A stretch of DNA of 59,968 nucleotides, filler included, from Stramenopiles sp. TOSAG23-2 (taxonomy: Eukaryota), in the NCBI GenBank assembly GCA_900128395.1. It is 6 parts of 6 records of this genome, joined end to end, with 100 filler letters (N's around TTAATTAATTAA, not from the genome) between each part and the next. Parts side by side here need not be neighbours in the genome. Positions count along the whole stretch, not along the records: positions 1 to 9,931 come from LT650059.1; positions 10,032 to 19,956 come from LT650060.1; 4 more parts are not named here. One strand, 5' to 3'. A model generated the notes under the pieces. It ran no database searches and had not been told where the DNA came from. It saw only the letters and a list, made by a program, of their open reading frames with translations. Made by a program: the position numbers and the translations under genes. How positions within the stretch are numbered: the stretch's first letter is position 1; every line of letters begins with the position of its first letter. Positions 1 to 10,699 of the stretch are shown here, in pieces.

Positions 1-2
1 GT

Positions 3-62
3 AGTAATAAAAGTCCATTAAATTCACCACAATCAAATAAGAAGAAAAAGAGGAAAAAATAG
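3..62 (+). CDS. 3' end of a gene truncated by the window edge (…SNKSPLNSPQSNKKKKRKK*)
   Basis: Open frame from base 3 to TAG at 60-62, followed by an (AG)n tract and 3'-flank-like sequence; too short to identify. Confidence 0.35.
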   Translation, partial: SNKSPLNSPQSNKKKKRKK

Positions 63-89
63 AGAAAATAAAGGAAGAGAAGGAAGGTC

Positions 90-91
<2 letters not shown>

Positions 92-122
<31 letters not shown>
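92..122. repeat. (AG)n microsatellite
   Basis: Uninterrupted agagag run. Confidence 0.9.
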
Positions 123-126
<4 letters not shown>

Positions 127-347
127 GAAGTGTAATTCGTATTATTTATCTTCCATAATATCATATACTTCATACGGTACCAAACCATTTATCTTTTGTA
201 CGTTTTTCGCAATGATGTACGAACTTCGTACAAACGTGTTGTAATTATATTATATACGAGGTATATGCATATTATAATATATATTATAATACTATAATAT
301 ATAAAATTTTTTCTTACTCATATATTATAGTATTATATAAAATATTT

Positions 348-3300
348 TCAAAACAAAGCCCCGCCATTCCCATCACCCATCATCATCCCCTCCATTAAAT
401 GATACCTTCGATATGGTACATTTTTCAATAAAAACTTATCATGAGTTGTAATTTGCATGTGATTTCGATTCATCCCACCCTTTTCACCATCATCAGCAGT
501 TTGCCATCGTAGCAAAATACTTTGTTGTAACATTTTAAGCTCTTCTGCGAGAGAATTTTTATTTGGTAGTAATATTACATGTAATTGATGATCCATTTGA
601 TGCTTTGCTACAGTCAATAAGATTTTCCTGTAATAATGTATTGCTCGCAAAGCTAATTTTACATCATGTGGTGGAGCTACCGTATTATCGGTTTCTTGAT
701 CACCTACTAATGCATTATGTAATTCAATACGAGCATTATCAATTTCTTTCGCCGTATCGATACTTTCTTCATCATCAGTATGATATAAAAGTTGAATATA
801 ATTTACCACTAATTTAGCAAACGAAGACCATTGTGTTGCAATTGTTTTCAATATATGTTTTGCATCAGCTATATCGGGATGATCATTCTTTCGATTTCCA
901 ATATAAATATTTGTTTGTATAGAACGTCGTATTTCATCATGGGATGGTAATTGTCGCACAGTGTGACTAAAACTACCGACCGACAACGCTGGACTCAAGA
1001 TACTCATAGCAACTTTGCAATATGTATATAATGACAATTCTTGTGTATGTTTTGTTGCACGTTCATATGATTTACGTAATTCATGCCGAACAATTTTTGG
1101 TTCAACCAATGCAAACACTTTATAAAATTGATTCAATGTAATGAAACCATCATGGTTATCATCAACAATTTGAAATGCTATACATGCCCATGTATGTACT
1201 TTAATTCTAGATTCTTGTTGTCGTATGGTAAATGCAAGCGTGTCTAATAATGATGTTAATGTAATCCAACCATTAATGGGTTTTTCGCTGCTTGATTGTT
1301 TCTTTGTTTCATTTTGCATTACCAATAAACGAGGCGATTTGTTATTTTGCTGTGCCAACACATGTATTCGACGTAGGCACATTCGTTTTTCAAGTTGTAT
1401 TTCTTGTTCCATTCCATCAGGAATTATTAAGGAATTAAAAATAGTTTTTACAGTAGCAGCGGCTCGATCTAAATTGATATATTGAGGTTGATTATAATCT
1501 ATAGCTTGTGGTATTAATCGACCAACGGTTGATTTTTTCACAACTACACGAACTTGCAACATAAATTTCAATTCCGTTGGTGAACGTAATTTACATGCAA
1601 AATCAGAAAAGTATTTCACTTCTTCATTTGATTCTCGGTGTAAACGTATAGTTGCAGCAAATTCCCACAATTTTTGATCAACAATAGCTTTAACCCCAAA
1701 TTTTTGCATTAACATGTCATATACAAAATCAGATACTTGAAAAAAATCATTGTTTACCATAGTAGTAGGTGATAATAAAACATGCTCTAATGCATTATAG
1801 CAATCGCGTATAAATTGTATTAACCATTCCAATGATTTTGGCTTGTTATTAATTTTAATGTTTGAATCTGGATTTATTAATTCCAACAATGAATTCATTT
1901 CAGACGGTCTAATAGTTTCCATAACCTTTTTAAATGGCGCTTTATTTACAACTTTCTTCTTCTTTATCTTTACCTCCTCTTTTACCTCAACATGTTCAAC
2001 AACTTGTTCAACTACAGCTACTTCAGGTTCTTTCACCGTTTCAGGTATTTGCATCCATTCCTTTGGCGTTTGTACCCTGCACATACTAAACTTTGGTCTT
2101 TTTTGACATTTTTTATTTTTCATCTCTGGTCGGACATACATAACTTGTTTCTCCGTCAAGGTAATATCTGTTTGAAATCCCGTCGATTTAAATATGACTT
2201 GGCCTTGATCACTCATTCGTTGTGATAATCGTTTAGATAGTGTTGTGGCACTATCTCGGAATGTATCCAGTTGCTCCGTTACGCGTGCTTTTGTCTCCTC
2301 TTGTACTATTTTCTCTTCTTCCACCTTTTCAACAATAACTTCTTGCTTTTTCACCTCTTCAGCTAATTCCTCAGCAATTCGCTCAGCTTTTTGTCTCTTT
2401 AACAATAGCTCTAATTCTTTTTCTTCTAATTTCCTTTCTTCCTCGGCTGCTCTCTCTTCTGTTGCTTTTTTATCATTCTGAATGTCGTCCATAATTTTTG
2501 ATTTCAACTCTAACGCGTCATCTAAATTTTCTCGATAATTGCTTATATCCTCATCCGCACGTTTTAATGCAGTTTTTAATGCCTTTTTCTCATGTTCAAT
2601 TTGTGTCCTCAAATCTAGATCTTCCTCCGTTAACCTTTTGACTTCTTTTTCTAGATTTTTCAACAGAGTATCTGATTCCTCTGCGGCTTGATTTGCGCGT
2701 ATTTCAGTTTCTAAACGAACTGCGGAAGTTTCTTCTGCAAGTGATTGGCGTCTATCTTGTTGTGAATTTCTCATACTTTGTATTTCAAATCGTTCCTCTT
2801 TCAATGCTGCATCCAACTGTAACTTTGAGACACGTAATTTGTCTTCCCGCAAATCTCTTGCAGTAGTTAAGTTTGTTTCTAAATTGTCTAATTTCTGTTG
2901 CTCCTCTCTGACCAAACGCTCAACTGCTTTTGCTTTAGATAGTAATTTTGATCGAAATAACCCAACCTCTTTTGCCGCATCATCTTTGCATTTTTGTAAA
3001 TCTGAATTTAACGTCTCCATATTTAGTTTATGATTCTCAATAACACCCATCGTTTCGTTTTCCGTATTATCTGGTCTATTGTATAGCTCTACTTTATCTT
3101 TCAATTGATCAATTTTTAAACGGACGTGGATTTCCTCTTTAAAGGCATCTAATTCTTGATCTAGCTCCTCCAACTCTAACTCCAAACCGCTTTCTATATC
3201 CTTTCCTTCCGCGGATGCTTTTTGCCTTGCCTCGGCTGACATTTCTTGTGCACGCGCCTTTCTAATTTCAAAATCGATTGTGCGTTGCTCCAAATTTGCT

Positions 3301-5123
3301 TGTAATCTTTCCCATCTAGCTTCTTCCTGTTCAATTTTTGCCGATGCTCGTTGATCTAAACGTCGTCTTGATATTTCCATAGCTTTTAATCGTGCTTCCA
3401 TATCTGCTATTTTATCTCTAGTAACACTCAACTGCACCGATAATTGTTCTTGCTTATTCATAGAATCATCAATTAGTGCAGATGAATTTAATTCAGCTGC
3501 TTTTTGCGCAGCTTCAAGTTGTTCTTTAAATTCATCACCGAGTCTTTCCTGTTCTTCCAATTTTTGTTTTAATTCCAAAGCTCGTTTTTTCTCCAATGAT
3601 TCCTTATCAGCTGCAGACAAATTACCCCCACCAGATGATTTCATCATCGCTTCTAACTGTGCCATATGTAACTGTAAAGCACGATTCATTTTCTCATTTT
3701 CTAATTGGTCTGGATCTAGTGCTTTTAATTCATCCAACTCTCTTTTCGTCCGTTTATATGAAACTTTCCACTTGTTTAATTGTGTTTTCAATGCGGTTCG
3801 TTCCCTGAAATTTTCATCTGCTATTTTTTTCGCCAATTGATCGCAATAAAATTGGCGTTCATCAACTGCTTCTTTGATTCTCGCATCAAGTTCATCAAAT
3901 AATGCTTTATTATTATCTTCCATTCGCGAAGCTTCCCGTTGTATATCATTTATTGTTTCTTCTTTACGTTTCACTTGATAATCAAATGATCTAGCACATT
4001 CAAATGATGATAATACCATATCACTTAATTTGTGAAATAATTTTTCTTGCTCCATTCGTATTCGCTCAGTCAAAATAGCACGTTCTTTACAGCCAACATT
4101 AATTTGTCTAATAATTTCAAGTAAACATGCATTGTAAACATTTTGCTTTTGTTTTACCGTTTCGAGAAGTTTAGGAAATTTTCTATAGTTGATTAACCAA
4201 TCATCATCATATTCTTCCTTCTCCTGTTCTTGGTTTTTATTGACTATTTTATTTTCTTCAGCAGCAGCTGTTGTTGAATTATTATTATCGTTATTTATAT
4301 TTTCATCATCACCTTCTTCTTCTTTTGATTTCTTCTTCTTATCATCATCATCATCATCATCATTATTATCTACTTCAGGCTTTGTACTTTTACTTTTGTT
4401 ATCATTATCATCATTTTCATTGTTATTTATATTGCTTTCTCCTTTTGCAGCTTTAATTATATCATCAACGCTTTTTAACATTTTTTCCATCGTTTCTTCT
4501 AATAGTAATACTTCTTCTCTAGACCCAGGACGTGTAGATGGAAAATCTCGTTTAAGCCATACACCATCCTCCGTTTTTTCAATAAAATCAGCTTCCTCTT
4601 TATTTTCGATCATGACAACGGCTTCACGTTTATGATATTGCGAAGGTATCTGAGTATCTCTTGCATCGATGTTAATAACATTGTCATCTAAAATAGCATT
4701 TTGACCACTCTCATCATATGTGCTCGTTGCAATAACTTTTGGACCTGCTTTTTGTTTTTGATTTTTTCTTTTATTATTATTTTTCATTCTTGGATGTTGT
4801 TTATTTTGAAATGGATTTTTTCTTTGCCCATCAATTGGACGTTTCGGTGGAAAAACAGCATTTCCTCTTCTATTTTGTCTTAAATGAAATTTATCTTGAT
4901 TAATATCTCTTTTTCCATATGGGTTTTGTCTCCCAGATCTAATAAAAGTTGGTGCTATATCTGTTTGCCTCCGTTGCACTACAGATTGTAATAAAGACGC
5001 TGGTAAATTATCGTTTTTAACGGGGGATGGTGGTGGTGGTGGTGGATGATTGTTCTTCTTCTTATTGCTATTGCTTCTCCTCTTCTTCCTTTTTTTGCTA
5101 ATATTATTTCTATTACTATACAT
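348..5123 (-). CDS. Large coiled-coil ciliary protein: axonemal dynein light-chain (p28/DNALI1-like) domain, long coiled coil, C-terminal EF-hand region (AXDND1/TSNAXIP1-like architecture)
   Basis: 1591-aa ORF. PGSREEVLLLEETMEKML and YNACLLEIIRQINVGCKERAILTERIR resemble the p28-type motif (ELIRQVT..C.ERG.LL.RVR). EF-hand loop DDNHDGFITLNQF. E/K-rich heptads in the middle. Confidence 0.7.
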   Translation of the reverse strand: MYSNRNNISKKRKKRRSNSNKKKNNHPPPPPPSPVKNDNLPASLLQSVVQRRQTDIAPTFIRSGRQNPYGKRDINQDKFHLRQNRRGNAVFPPKRPIDGQRKNPFQNKQHPRMKNNNKRKNQKQKAGPKVIATSTYDESGQNAILDDNVINIDARDTQIPSQYHKREAVVMIENKEEADFIEKTEDGVWLKRDFPSTRPGSREEVLLLEETMEKMLKSVDDIIKAAKGESNINNNENDDNDNKSKSTKPEVDNNDDDDDDDKKKKSKEEEGDDENINNDNNNSTTAAAEENKIVNKNQEQEKEEYDDDWLINYRKFPKLLETVKQKQNVYNACLLEIIRQINVGCKERAILTERIRMEQEKLFHKLSDMVLSSFECARSFDYQVKRKEETINDIQREASRMEDNNKALFDELDARIKEAVDERQFYCDQLAKKIADENFRERTALKTQLNKWKVSYKRTKRELDELKALDPDQLENEKMNRALQLHMAQLEAMMKSSGGGNLSAADKESLEKKRALELKQKLEEQERLGDEFKEQLEAAQKAAELNSSALIDDSMNKQEQLSVQLSVTRDKIADMEARLKAMEISRRRLDQRASAKIEQEEARWERLQANLEQRTIDFEIRKARAQEMSAEARQKASAEGKDIESGLELELEELDQELDAFKEEIHVRLKIDQLKDKVELYNRPDNTENETMGVIENHKLNMETLNSDLQKCKDDAAKEVGLFRSKLLSKAKAVERLVREEQQKLDNLETNLTTARDLREDKLRVSKLQLDAALKEERFEIQSMRNSQQDRRQSLAEETSAVRLETEIRANQAAEESDTLLKNLEKEVKRLTEEDLDLRTQIEHEKKALKTALKRADEDISNYRENLDDALELKSKIMDDIQNDKKATEERAAEEERKLEEKELELLLKRQKAERIAEELAEEVKKQEVIVEKVEEEKIVQEETKARVTEQLDTFRDSATTLSKRLSQRMSDQGQVIFKSTGFQTDITLTEKQVMYVRPEMKNKKCQKRPKFSMCRVQTPKEWMQIPETVKEPEVAVVEQVVEHVEVKEEVKIKKKKVVNKAPFKKVMETIRPSEMNSLLELINPDSNIKINNKPKSLEWLIQFIRDCYNALEHVLLSPTTMVNNDFFQVSDFVYDMLMQKFGVKAIVDQKLWEFAATIRLHRESNEEVKYFSDFACKLRSPTELKFMLQVRVVVKKSTVGRLIPQAIDYNQPQYINLDRAAATVKTIFNSLIIPDGMEQEIQLEKRMCLRRIHVLAQQNNKSPRLLVMQNETKKQSSSEKPINGWITLTSLLDTLAFTIRQQESRIKVHTWACIAFQIVDDNHDGFITLNQFYKVFALVEPKIVRHELRKSYERATKHTQELSLYTYCKVAMSILSPALSVGSFSHTVRQLPSHDEIRRSIQTNIYIGNRKNDHPDIADAKHILKTIATQWSSFAKLVVNYIQLLYHTDDEESIDTAKEIDNARIELHNALVGDQETDNTVAPPHDVKLALRAIHYYRKILLTVAKHQMDHQLHVILLPNKNSLAEELKMLQQSILLRWQTADDGEKGGMNRNHMQITTHDKFLLKNVPYRRYHLMEGMMMGDGNGGALF

Positions 5124-5842
5124 TGTTTTCTTATGATTGTTGGGTTAGTGAAAGTATTGTTGTTTTAAGTGTTGAATTAATTGTATGATATAGTACTTCC
5201 TTCAATCTATTATATAAATATATAAACAATAATATATTTATTATGTGATTTTGCTTGTTGTTAGTGTTGTTATAACTGCCGCGGACGGAGAGGAGGAAGA
5301 CACGAAAACACGAAAACAATAATAGATAATGTACATTAATCTAGAATTAATATTATATTGTCCTTAAAAATAAATTTTTATCTGATTATAATATTAGATG
5401 ATTTTGATACTTTTTTTAGGTAATAAAATTTACTTAATATGAGGCCTATACACCATATAGCATTAATTCGAAAAATGGATATAGGAGAGCAGTATACATC
5501 AGAATATACAAAAAAAGCATATAAACAGCGCAGCAGAGCTCGGCCAACATTATTTCCGTCAAAACGAAGAGCACATCACCAGCACACACAAAAGAAGTGG
5601 TGCACAAGAAAAGACGCGTAGCACCAATTGAATAATTGAATAATAAGATAATATTGATTTTATCCACATAGAGATAGATAAAATGAAACATAAGATCATA
5701 TACCATTTATCACCCCTCAACACACTCTTGTATATTCTATGTTTATATTTATTTAATATACATTCTACCATAGTATAATATATATATATATATATATATA
5801 TAATTGATTAATATATATATATAACCATTTCTTGTGCCAACC

Positions 5843-6619
5843 ATGAAATTAACAATAAAAATGCGTAAAAGAATAAATTTAATAATAGTAATGATATTTC
5901 TTATTCTTATTAATAATTGTCATTTAACTCATGCTAAAAAAAAGAAAATTAAAACTGATAATGGAGAAGGATCAAATGTAAATGAAGCGGTGAAAAAGAA
6001 AAGGGATGCTAAGAGTAAAGCAAGAAAGAAATTTTTGGATAAGAATGGGATAGTTTTTGATTCATATGGTCGTGTATTACGTTGGGGTAAAGTTGTAAAA
6101 AATTATGATTGCAAACAAAATAAAAAAATCAAAGGATGGTATTGCACAGTTACAGATAGTGAGGTGAGAAAATACTTAACCAAAGAGGAAGAAAGACGTG
6201 CTAAAATGATTAAGCTTGATAAACAAACTGAGCTAGATGCTCAATATGGTAGTAATAGTAAAGATGCAAAGCGAGAACGAAGGTTAAGAAAGGAAAATAG
6301 GAAACGATGCGTGGTTTATAAAGATTGGTTAACTGAATATAAAAAAGATGATGCTACTGATAAGAAACAATTTTTTCAACATCTTAGTCGTGAATTTGTT
6401 GATTATCAAAATTTAAGAAGAATTCAACCAGGGAGTCGCGGTGTACGTAAATCTAAAAAGATTTTTCGCAACATAGCTCGTGAAATTCATAGTGATAAAC
6501 TCCCTGAAGGCTGTCGGGGAGGTGAAATGAAAGAAATGATGTCAACTATTTTAGGAAAATGTGAAAAAATAAAAGATTGTATTTCACAACCTCATACTTG
6601 TGAAGAAGGAGAGCTGTAA
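5843..6619 (+). CDS. Signal-peptide/anchor protein with C-terminal degenerate J-like domain (HSD instead of HPD)
   Basis: Hydrophobic N-terminus INLIIVMIFLILINNCHLTHA. C-terminal KKIFRNIAREIHSDK matches J-domain helix II plus loop (K.yr.la..HPDK). ATG at 5843 preferred over GTG at 5834. Confidence 0.55.
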   Translation: MKLTIKMRKRINLIIVMIFLILINNCHLTHAKKKKIKTDNGEGSNVNEAVKKKRDAKSKARKKFLDKNGIVFDSYGRVLRWGKVVKNYDCKQNKKIKGWYCTVTDSEVRKYLTKEEERRAKMIKLDKQTELDAQYGSNSKDAKRERRLRKENRKRCVVYKDWLTEYKKDDATDKKQFFQHLSREFVDYQNLRRIQPGSRGVRKSKKIFRNIAREIHSDKLPEGCRGGEMKEMMSTILGKCEKIKDCISQPHTCEEGEL

Positions 6620-6853
6620 AATACGGAGTTGAGAGTAATGTACGCACGACGTTCGTACTTGTAATGTTACACGTTACGTGACACAAGAGTAAAATCATAT
6701 GTTTTTATTATTTGTATTACTTTCTATGAAGCCTTTGTACATTATAATTAAGTACAAGTTGAGCTTGACAAAAAATACGACGAGAGTATTATATACGGTA
6801 CGAGCAATTTGTTTGACACTCTCTCTACACACTCTCTCTTTCTTCCCCTATTT

Positions 6854-9850
6854 TTACCCTACAAACTCTTCTAAATAACTTATTTCCTCTCTTGTGGATT
6901 TAGCAGCAATTGAAAAAACATTATCTTCTACAACATTTGTAGACACTGGAATGGATATACGGGTAGGCATGAAGCCTGGTGAAGACGCTTCAACTACAAA
7001 ATTTGTTTCTTCGCATTCAGACGAAGTAGGCCAATGTGAATCCATATCAATAGAGGCAGCTAATTCTCGCATTTCAGATGTACAATCTATTGATACATGA
7101 AATAAACCTCTTGCAAGCCCACCAAATGCATCGACGGAATCACTTTTCATCCATTCATGACTTGCTGGATCACCATTTGATATTCCAGCTCCACTCCCAG
7201 GTCCAGATACTACACGAAAGGTTATTCGATTCCTTGCAGAGCTGACTAGTGCACCAGTACTACCATCAACTATGGATGCTCTTACCATTGCTGTATCTCT
7301 TCCATCTAGAAGCAAACAGGATCCTGTACCGGTTGATATCGAAGGTACATCTAATGTTAATTTGATTTTATATGTAGCATTATTCGACCCTGCTACAAGC
7401 AATGTGTGGTGTGCAAGCATATTTCCACCAGAAGATGCATCCCAACCAACAACAGTAATGTTTTTTTTGTATCCATTACTACTAGAACTCCAATTCATAC
7501 CCATATATTCACCCAATGCATTAAACGGAGTAGCTAAGACTCCTTGAGACTCTCCATCCAAAAATAATTCAGCAAAAGGAGCAGTTGTGATAGCTTCTAT
7601 TGTTGATTTACTACCAACAACACCTCCTGGTGGTGGAAGTGATAATACATGAACGACAGTCTGTGAAGGCAACGGTGGCCTTCCAGAATCTGATGTAGGG
7701 AATAATTGAAGCCAATTTGCAATGTACCAAAAGGCATGTGGCTTTGGAAATCCAGCTATGTCAAATTGGCCAAAATTGCATGAGACATATGGCCATCCAT
7801 ATGTTCCAACTCCAGCTGGTTCTCCGAAATAATCCATTAGTGTCCATACACCAAGACTACCAGCAATATCCGGAAGATAGGATGGACTATTTTGTTGCGC
7901 AATGCAAGTCGGTAAACTACGATCTGGCGGTTCAGATGCATTATGAGGTTTGCGTTGTGACATACATGAACAACACTCAGAGAGGATTAGTGGTTGTGAT
8001 GGAAATTTTTCATGGAATTTTACAAATGTTTGATTGTTTGAATGACTGCCACCTTGCACATCCAAGGTTAATCTAGCAGTGGTACTAGGTGCTCCATATG
8101 TAATATCATTAGCAGTTACTGGGCGTGTTCCATCGATATCATATGCAGCAGCACGATACCTTTTTGCAGAATATTCTGGATCATTTTGTTGACATTCATA
8201 TTCATTGCAAAAACTCCATATGACAATTGAAGGATGATTACGATCACGTTTTACCATATCATGCATTGCATTAACATAAGCTCCATTCATATACTTTGCA
8301 CCATAATCCCGATTCTCATCCCAAGATACTACACCAGTTCTGTCAAGCAATTTATATAAAGCTGGTACATATGGATTGTGACTCATTCTCCAAACGTTAG
8401 AGCCTAATGCACGTGATGCTTGCACCCTAAATAAATAAATACGTTCAGGAATTGCAACACCTAGTCCACCAATACTATTGTGGTGACTAAATCCACGTAG
8501 CTTGAAATACTCTTCATTTAACATAAAACTACCATGTTTTTTCCAACTTGTTGTACGAAATCCAACTTCAATTTTTTGTGAATCAAGAACTTGTTCTTCC
8601 TCATCGTTGTAATCATCATTTCTTGTTGATGTTATTACATTTGTTTTTGCAAGTAGTACTTCTGCAGTTACTTTATACAATTTAGGATTTTGAATTGACC
8701 ATCGATCCAATTTGATTTTTGGAAGTAAATGACTTGATAAAATAACAGTTGTCCCTACTTTTATATTAATGTATTCAGTAGTATTTCTTGCAAGTATTGT
8801 ATTATCTTCCATCATAGGAGATAATGTGAAACGCACAGCAATTTTCTGATCGCTGCTTCTCACATCATGTATTTTCCTAGATTGACTTGATAATAAATTT
8901 TCCAATTCAACTGAAGCGACGATAATAGAACCATCTGTCTCCGGTGTGACAAAAAGTCCATCATGCACTATATGCGTATTAGATGGAATATGAACTAAAT
9001 GTACAGGTCGATATATTCCACCACCTTCATACCAATGGCCACTGCCAAAACTGGCATCTGTCCTCACTGAAAGTACATTTTTTACCTCATCACCAAATCG
9101 AATTGCTGTAGCATTGTCTATTCGCACTGTAAATCCAGTATATCCACATTCATGAGACATTATATAATGCCCATTTAAAAAAATTGTTGCATGATGAAAT
9201 ACACCTTCAAAATGTATATGCGTAGAGCCACCATCTTGTCCCCAAGTATGTGGTAATTTAAAATGTTTTCGATACCATGATGCATTCCTAGGTAAATATC
9301 CTTGTTTAAAGTTAGTTACATCATTGGTAAAGTTTCCGAATTCTGCTATAAAATCATGCGGTGCATTAACTATAGGCCATGTTTCATCGATACCTGAAGT
9401 TGCATCTGCTGTGGCAAAACTGTAATCAGTTCGAAATGGTGGACTTGGTGATTTTTGTCTTTGGCCACCACCAATACCAGTAGGTTTTTCCGGACGTTTA
9501 CAAGTGATATTCATACCAGCATATGCATGAAAACATGCTCTGCCTAATGCAATTGGATATGCCTGCCAAGCCATACAGTTTGGATCATAACAACATGCCA
9601 AACGACAATCTTTTTCACTAAATCTATTTGGATTTCGTTCCATACCATCGCAAATATCATAATCTTGTAAATTTTTATCGAAAGCTGTTGAGCAATGGCC
9701 AGGACCAGCTAAAGGTGGCGAAGATGGATCGTCACCATAATGAAAACGCCAGCCATATTGAAATGGTACAACAGATCTTGCATCTACAGAACAAATTGCT
9801 AATGCAACAGTAGCACATAGAAGTATTAATACATTCTTTCTACTCTTCAT
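6854..9850 (-). CDS. Secreted/lysosomal glycoside hydrolase family 2 (beta-galactosidase-like)
   Basis: 998 aa with signal peptide. GH2 motifs WYRKHF, HFEGV, GYTGF, WYEGGGIYRPV, GSNVWRMSHNP and RDRNHPSIVIWSFCNE (acid/base Glu). LSECC is the likely nucleophile. C-terminal NGDP...AFGGL. Confidence 0.92.
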   Translation of the reverse strand: MKSRKNVLILLCATVALAICSVDARSVVPFQYGWRFHYGDDPSSPPLAGPGHCSTAFDKNLQDYDICDGMERNPNRFSEKDCRLACCYDPNCMAWQAYPIALGRACFHAYAGMNITCKRPEKPTGIGGGQRQKSPSPPFRTDYSFATADATSGIDETWPIVNAPHDFIAEFGNFTNDVTNFKQGYLPRNASWYRKHFKLPHTWGQDGGSTHIHFEGVFHHATIFLNGHYIMSHECGYTGFTVRIDNATAIRFGDEVKNVLSVRTDASFGSGHWYEGGGIYRPVHLVHIPSNTHIVHDGLFVTPETDGSIIVASVELENLLSSQSRKIHDVRSSDQKIAVRFTLSPMMEDNTILARNTTEYINIKVGTTVILSSHLLPKIKLDRWSIQNPKLYKVTAEVLLAKTNVITSTRNDDYNDEEEQVLDSQKIEVGFRTTSWKKHGSFMLNEEYFKLRGFSHHNSIGGLGVAIPERIYLFRVQASRALGSNVWRMSHNPYVPALYKLLDRTGVVSWDENRDYGAKYMNGAYVNAMHDMVKRDRNHPSIVIWSFCNEYECQQNDPEYSAKRYRAAAYDIDGTRPVTANDITYGAPSTTARLTLDVQGGSHSNNQTFVKFHEKFPSQPLILSECCSCMSQRKPHNASEPPDRSLPTCIAQQNSPSYLPDIAGSLGVWTLMDYFGEPAGVGTYGWPYVSCNFGQFDIAGFPKPHAFWYIANWLQLFPTSDSGRPPLPSQTVVHVLSLPPPGGVVGSKSTIEAITTAPFAELFLDGESQGVLATPFNALGEYMGMNWSSSSNGYKKNITVVGWDASSGGNMLAHHTLLVAGSNNATYKIKLTLDVPSISTGTGSCLLLDGRDTAMVRASIVDGSTGALVSSARNRITFRVVSGPGSGAGISNGDPASHEWMKSDSVDAFGGLARGLFHVSIDCTSEMRELAASIDMDSHWPTSSECEETNFVVEASSPGFMPTRISIPVSTNVVEDNVFSIAAKSTREEISYLEEFVG

Positions 9851-9931
9851 CTTCCTTTTTTATATATATATATACACTGTATATATTGTTTCAAAAACGT
9901 TGTGTAAATACTACAAGAAGTATTGTTCAGC

Positions 9932-10031
9932 NNNNNNNNNNNNNNNNNNNNNNNNNNNNNNNNNNNNNNNNNNNNTTAATTAATTAANNNNNNNNNNNNN
10001 NNNNNNNNNNNNNNNNNNNNNNNNNNNNNNN
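9932..10031. other. Artificial contig linker N44-TTAATTAATTAA-N44
   Basis: Six-frame stop linker, identical at five positions. Confidence 0.98.
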
Positions 10032-10699
10032 ACAATCATTCAAACATATTTGTATGTATCTAAATATGATACGTGATGCGTTGTATTGATGTAAACATTG
10101 TTTACATACATGTTTTATACGTATGTATGTGTAGATGTACCATTTTCAAATAGCATAGTAATAGCATTACGGATAAAAGTCAGGTAATATAGATATATAG
10201 GTAATTATAACACACTAACACTACAACAAGTACCTTGGGGATTTTGCTTGGGGATGGACCACCCATCCCCAAGTGAGCTTGGGGATTAAGGATATTTTTC
10301 AGGATTCCGCTGCACTACACTCAGCTTGCATTTCAAGCATTTGTATAAAGGTCTTTCCTATTTATTTTCAATATTTTAATGGATATGTGTATATGTGGGA
10401 TGTGTACGGACTATGTAAGTTTTGAGTACGGTCATAAAATAGCACGTAAATAGCATGTAAATGGCCTAAATTTATAAATAAAAAAAAGAAGTGGGGGTGC
10501 AAGTGTAATCTAGGACCTATAGACTTTTCAGAGCGAACGGAAGTGGTGAGATACATACTATATAGTATATATAGTTAATTACTTTCTTGCATATTTGAAT
10601 TTTGAATGTATTGCAATAGATCTTTTCGAATTATTAAATTATTGATATACGATACAATATAATTATAATTATAAAAATATATAGACTCCTTATATAATC

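Noticed and set aside
9976-9987. TTAATTAATTAA repeated every ~10 kb as a biological periodic element
   Set aside because: Always centred in N44 pads; it is a standard six-frame-stop assembly linker.
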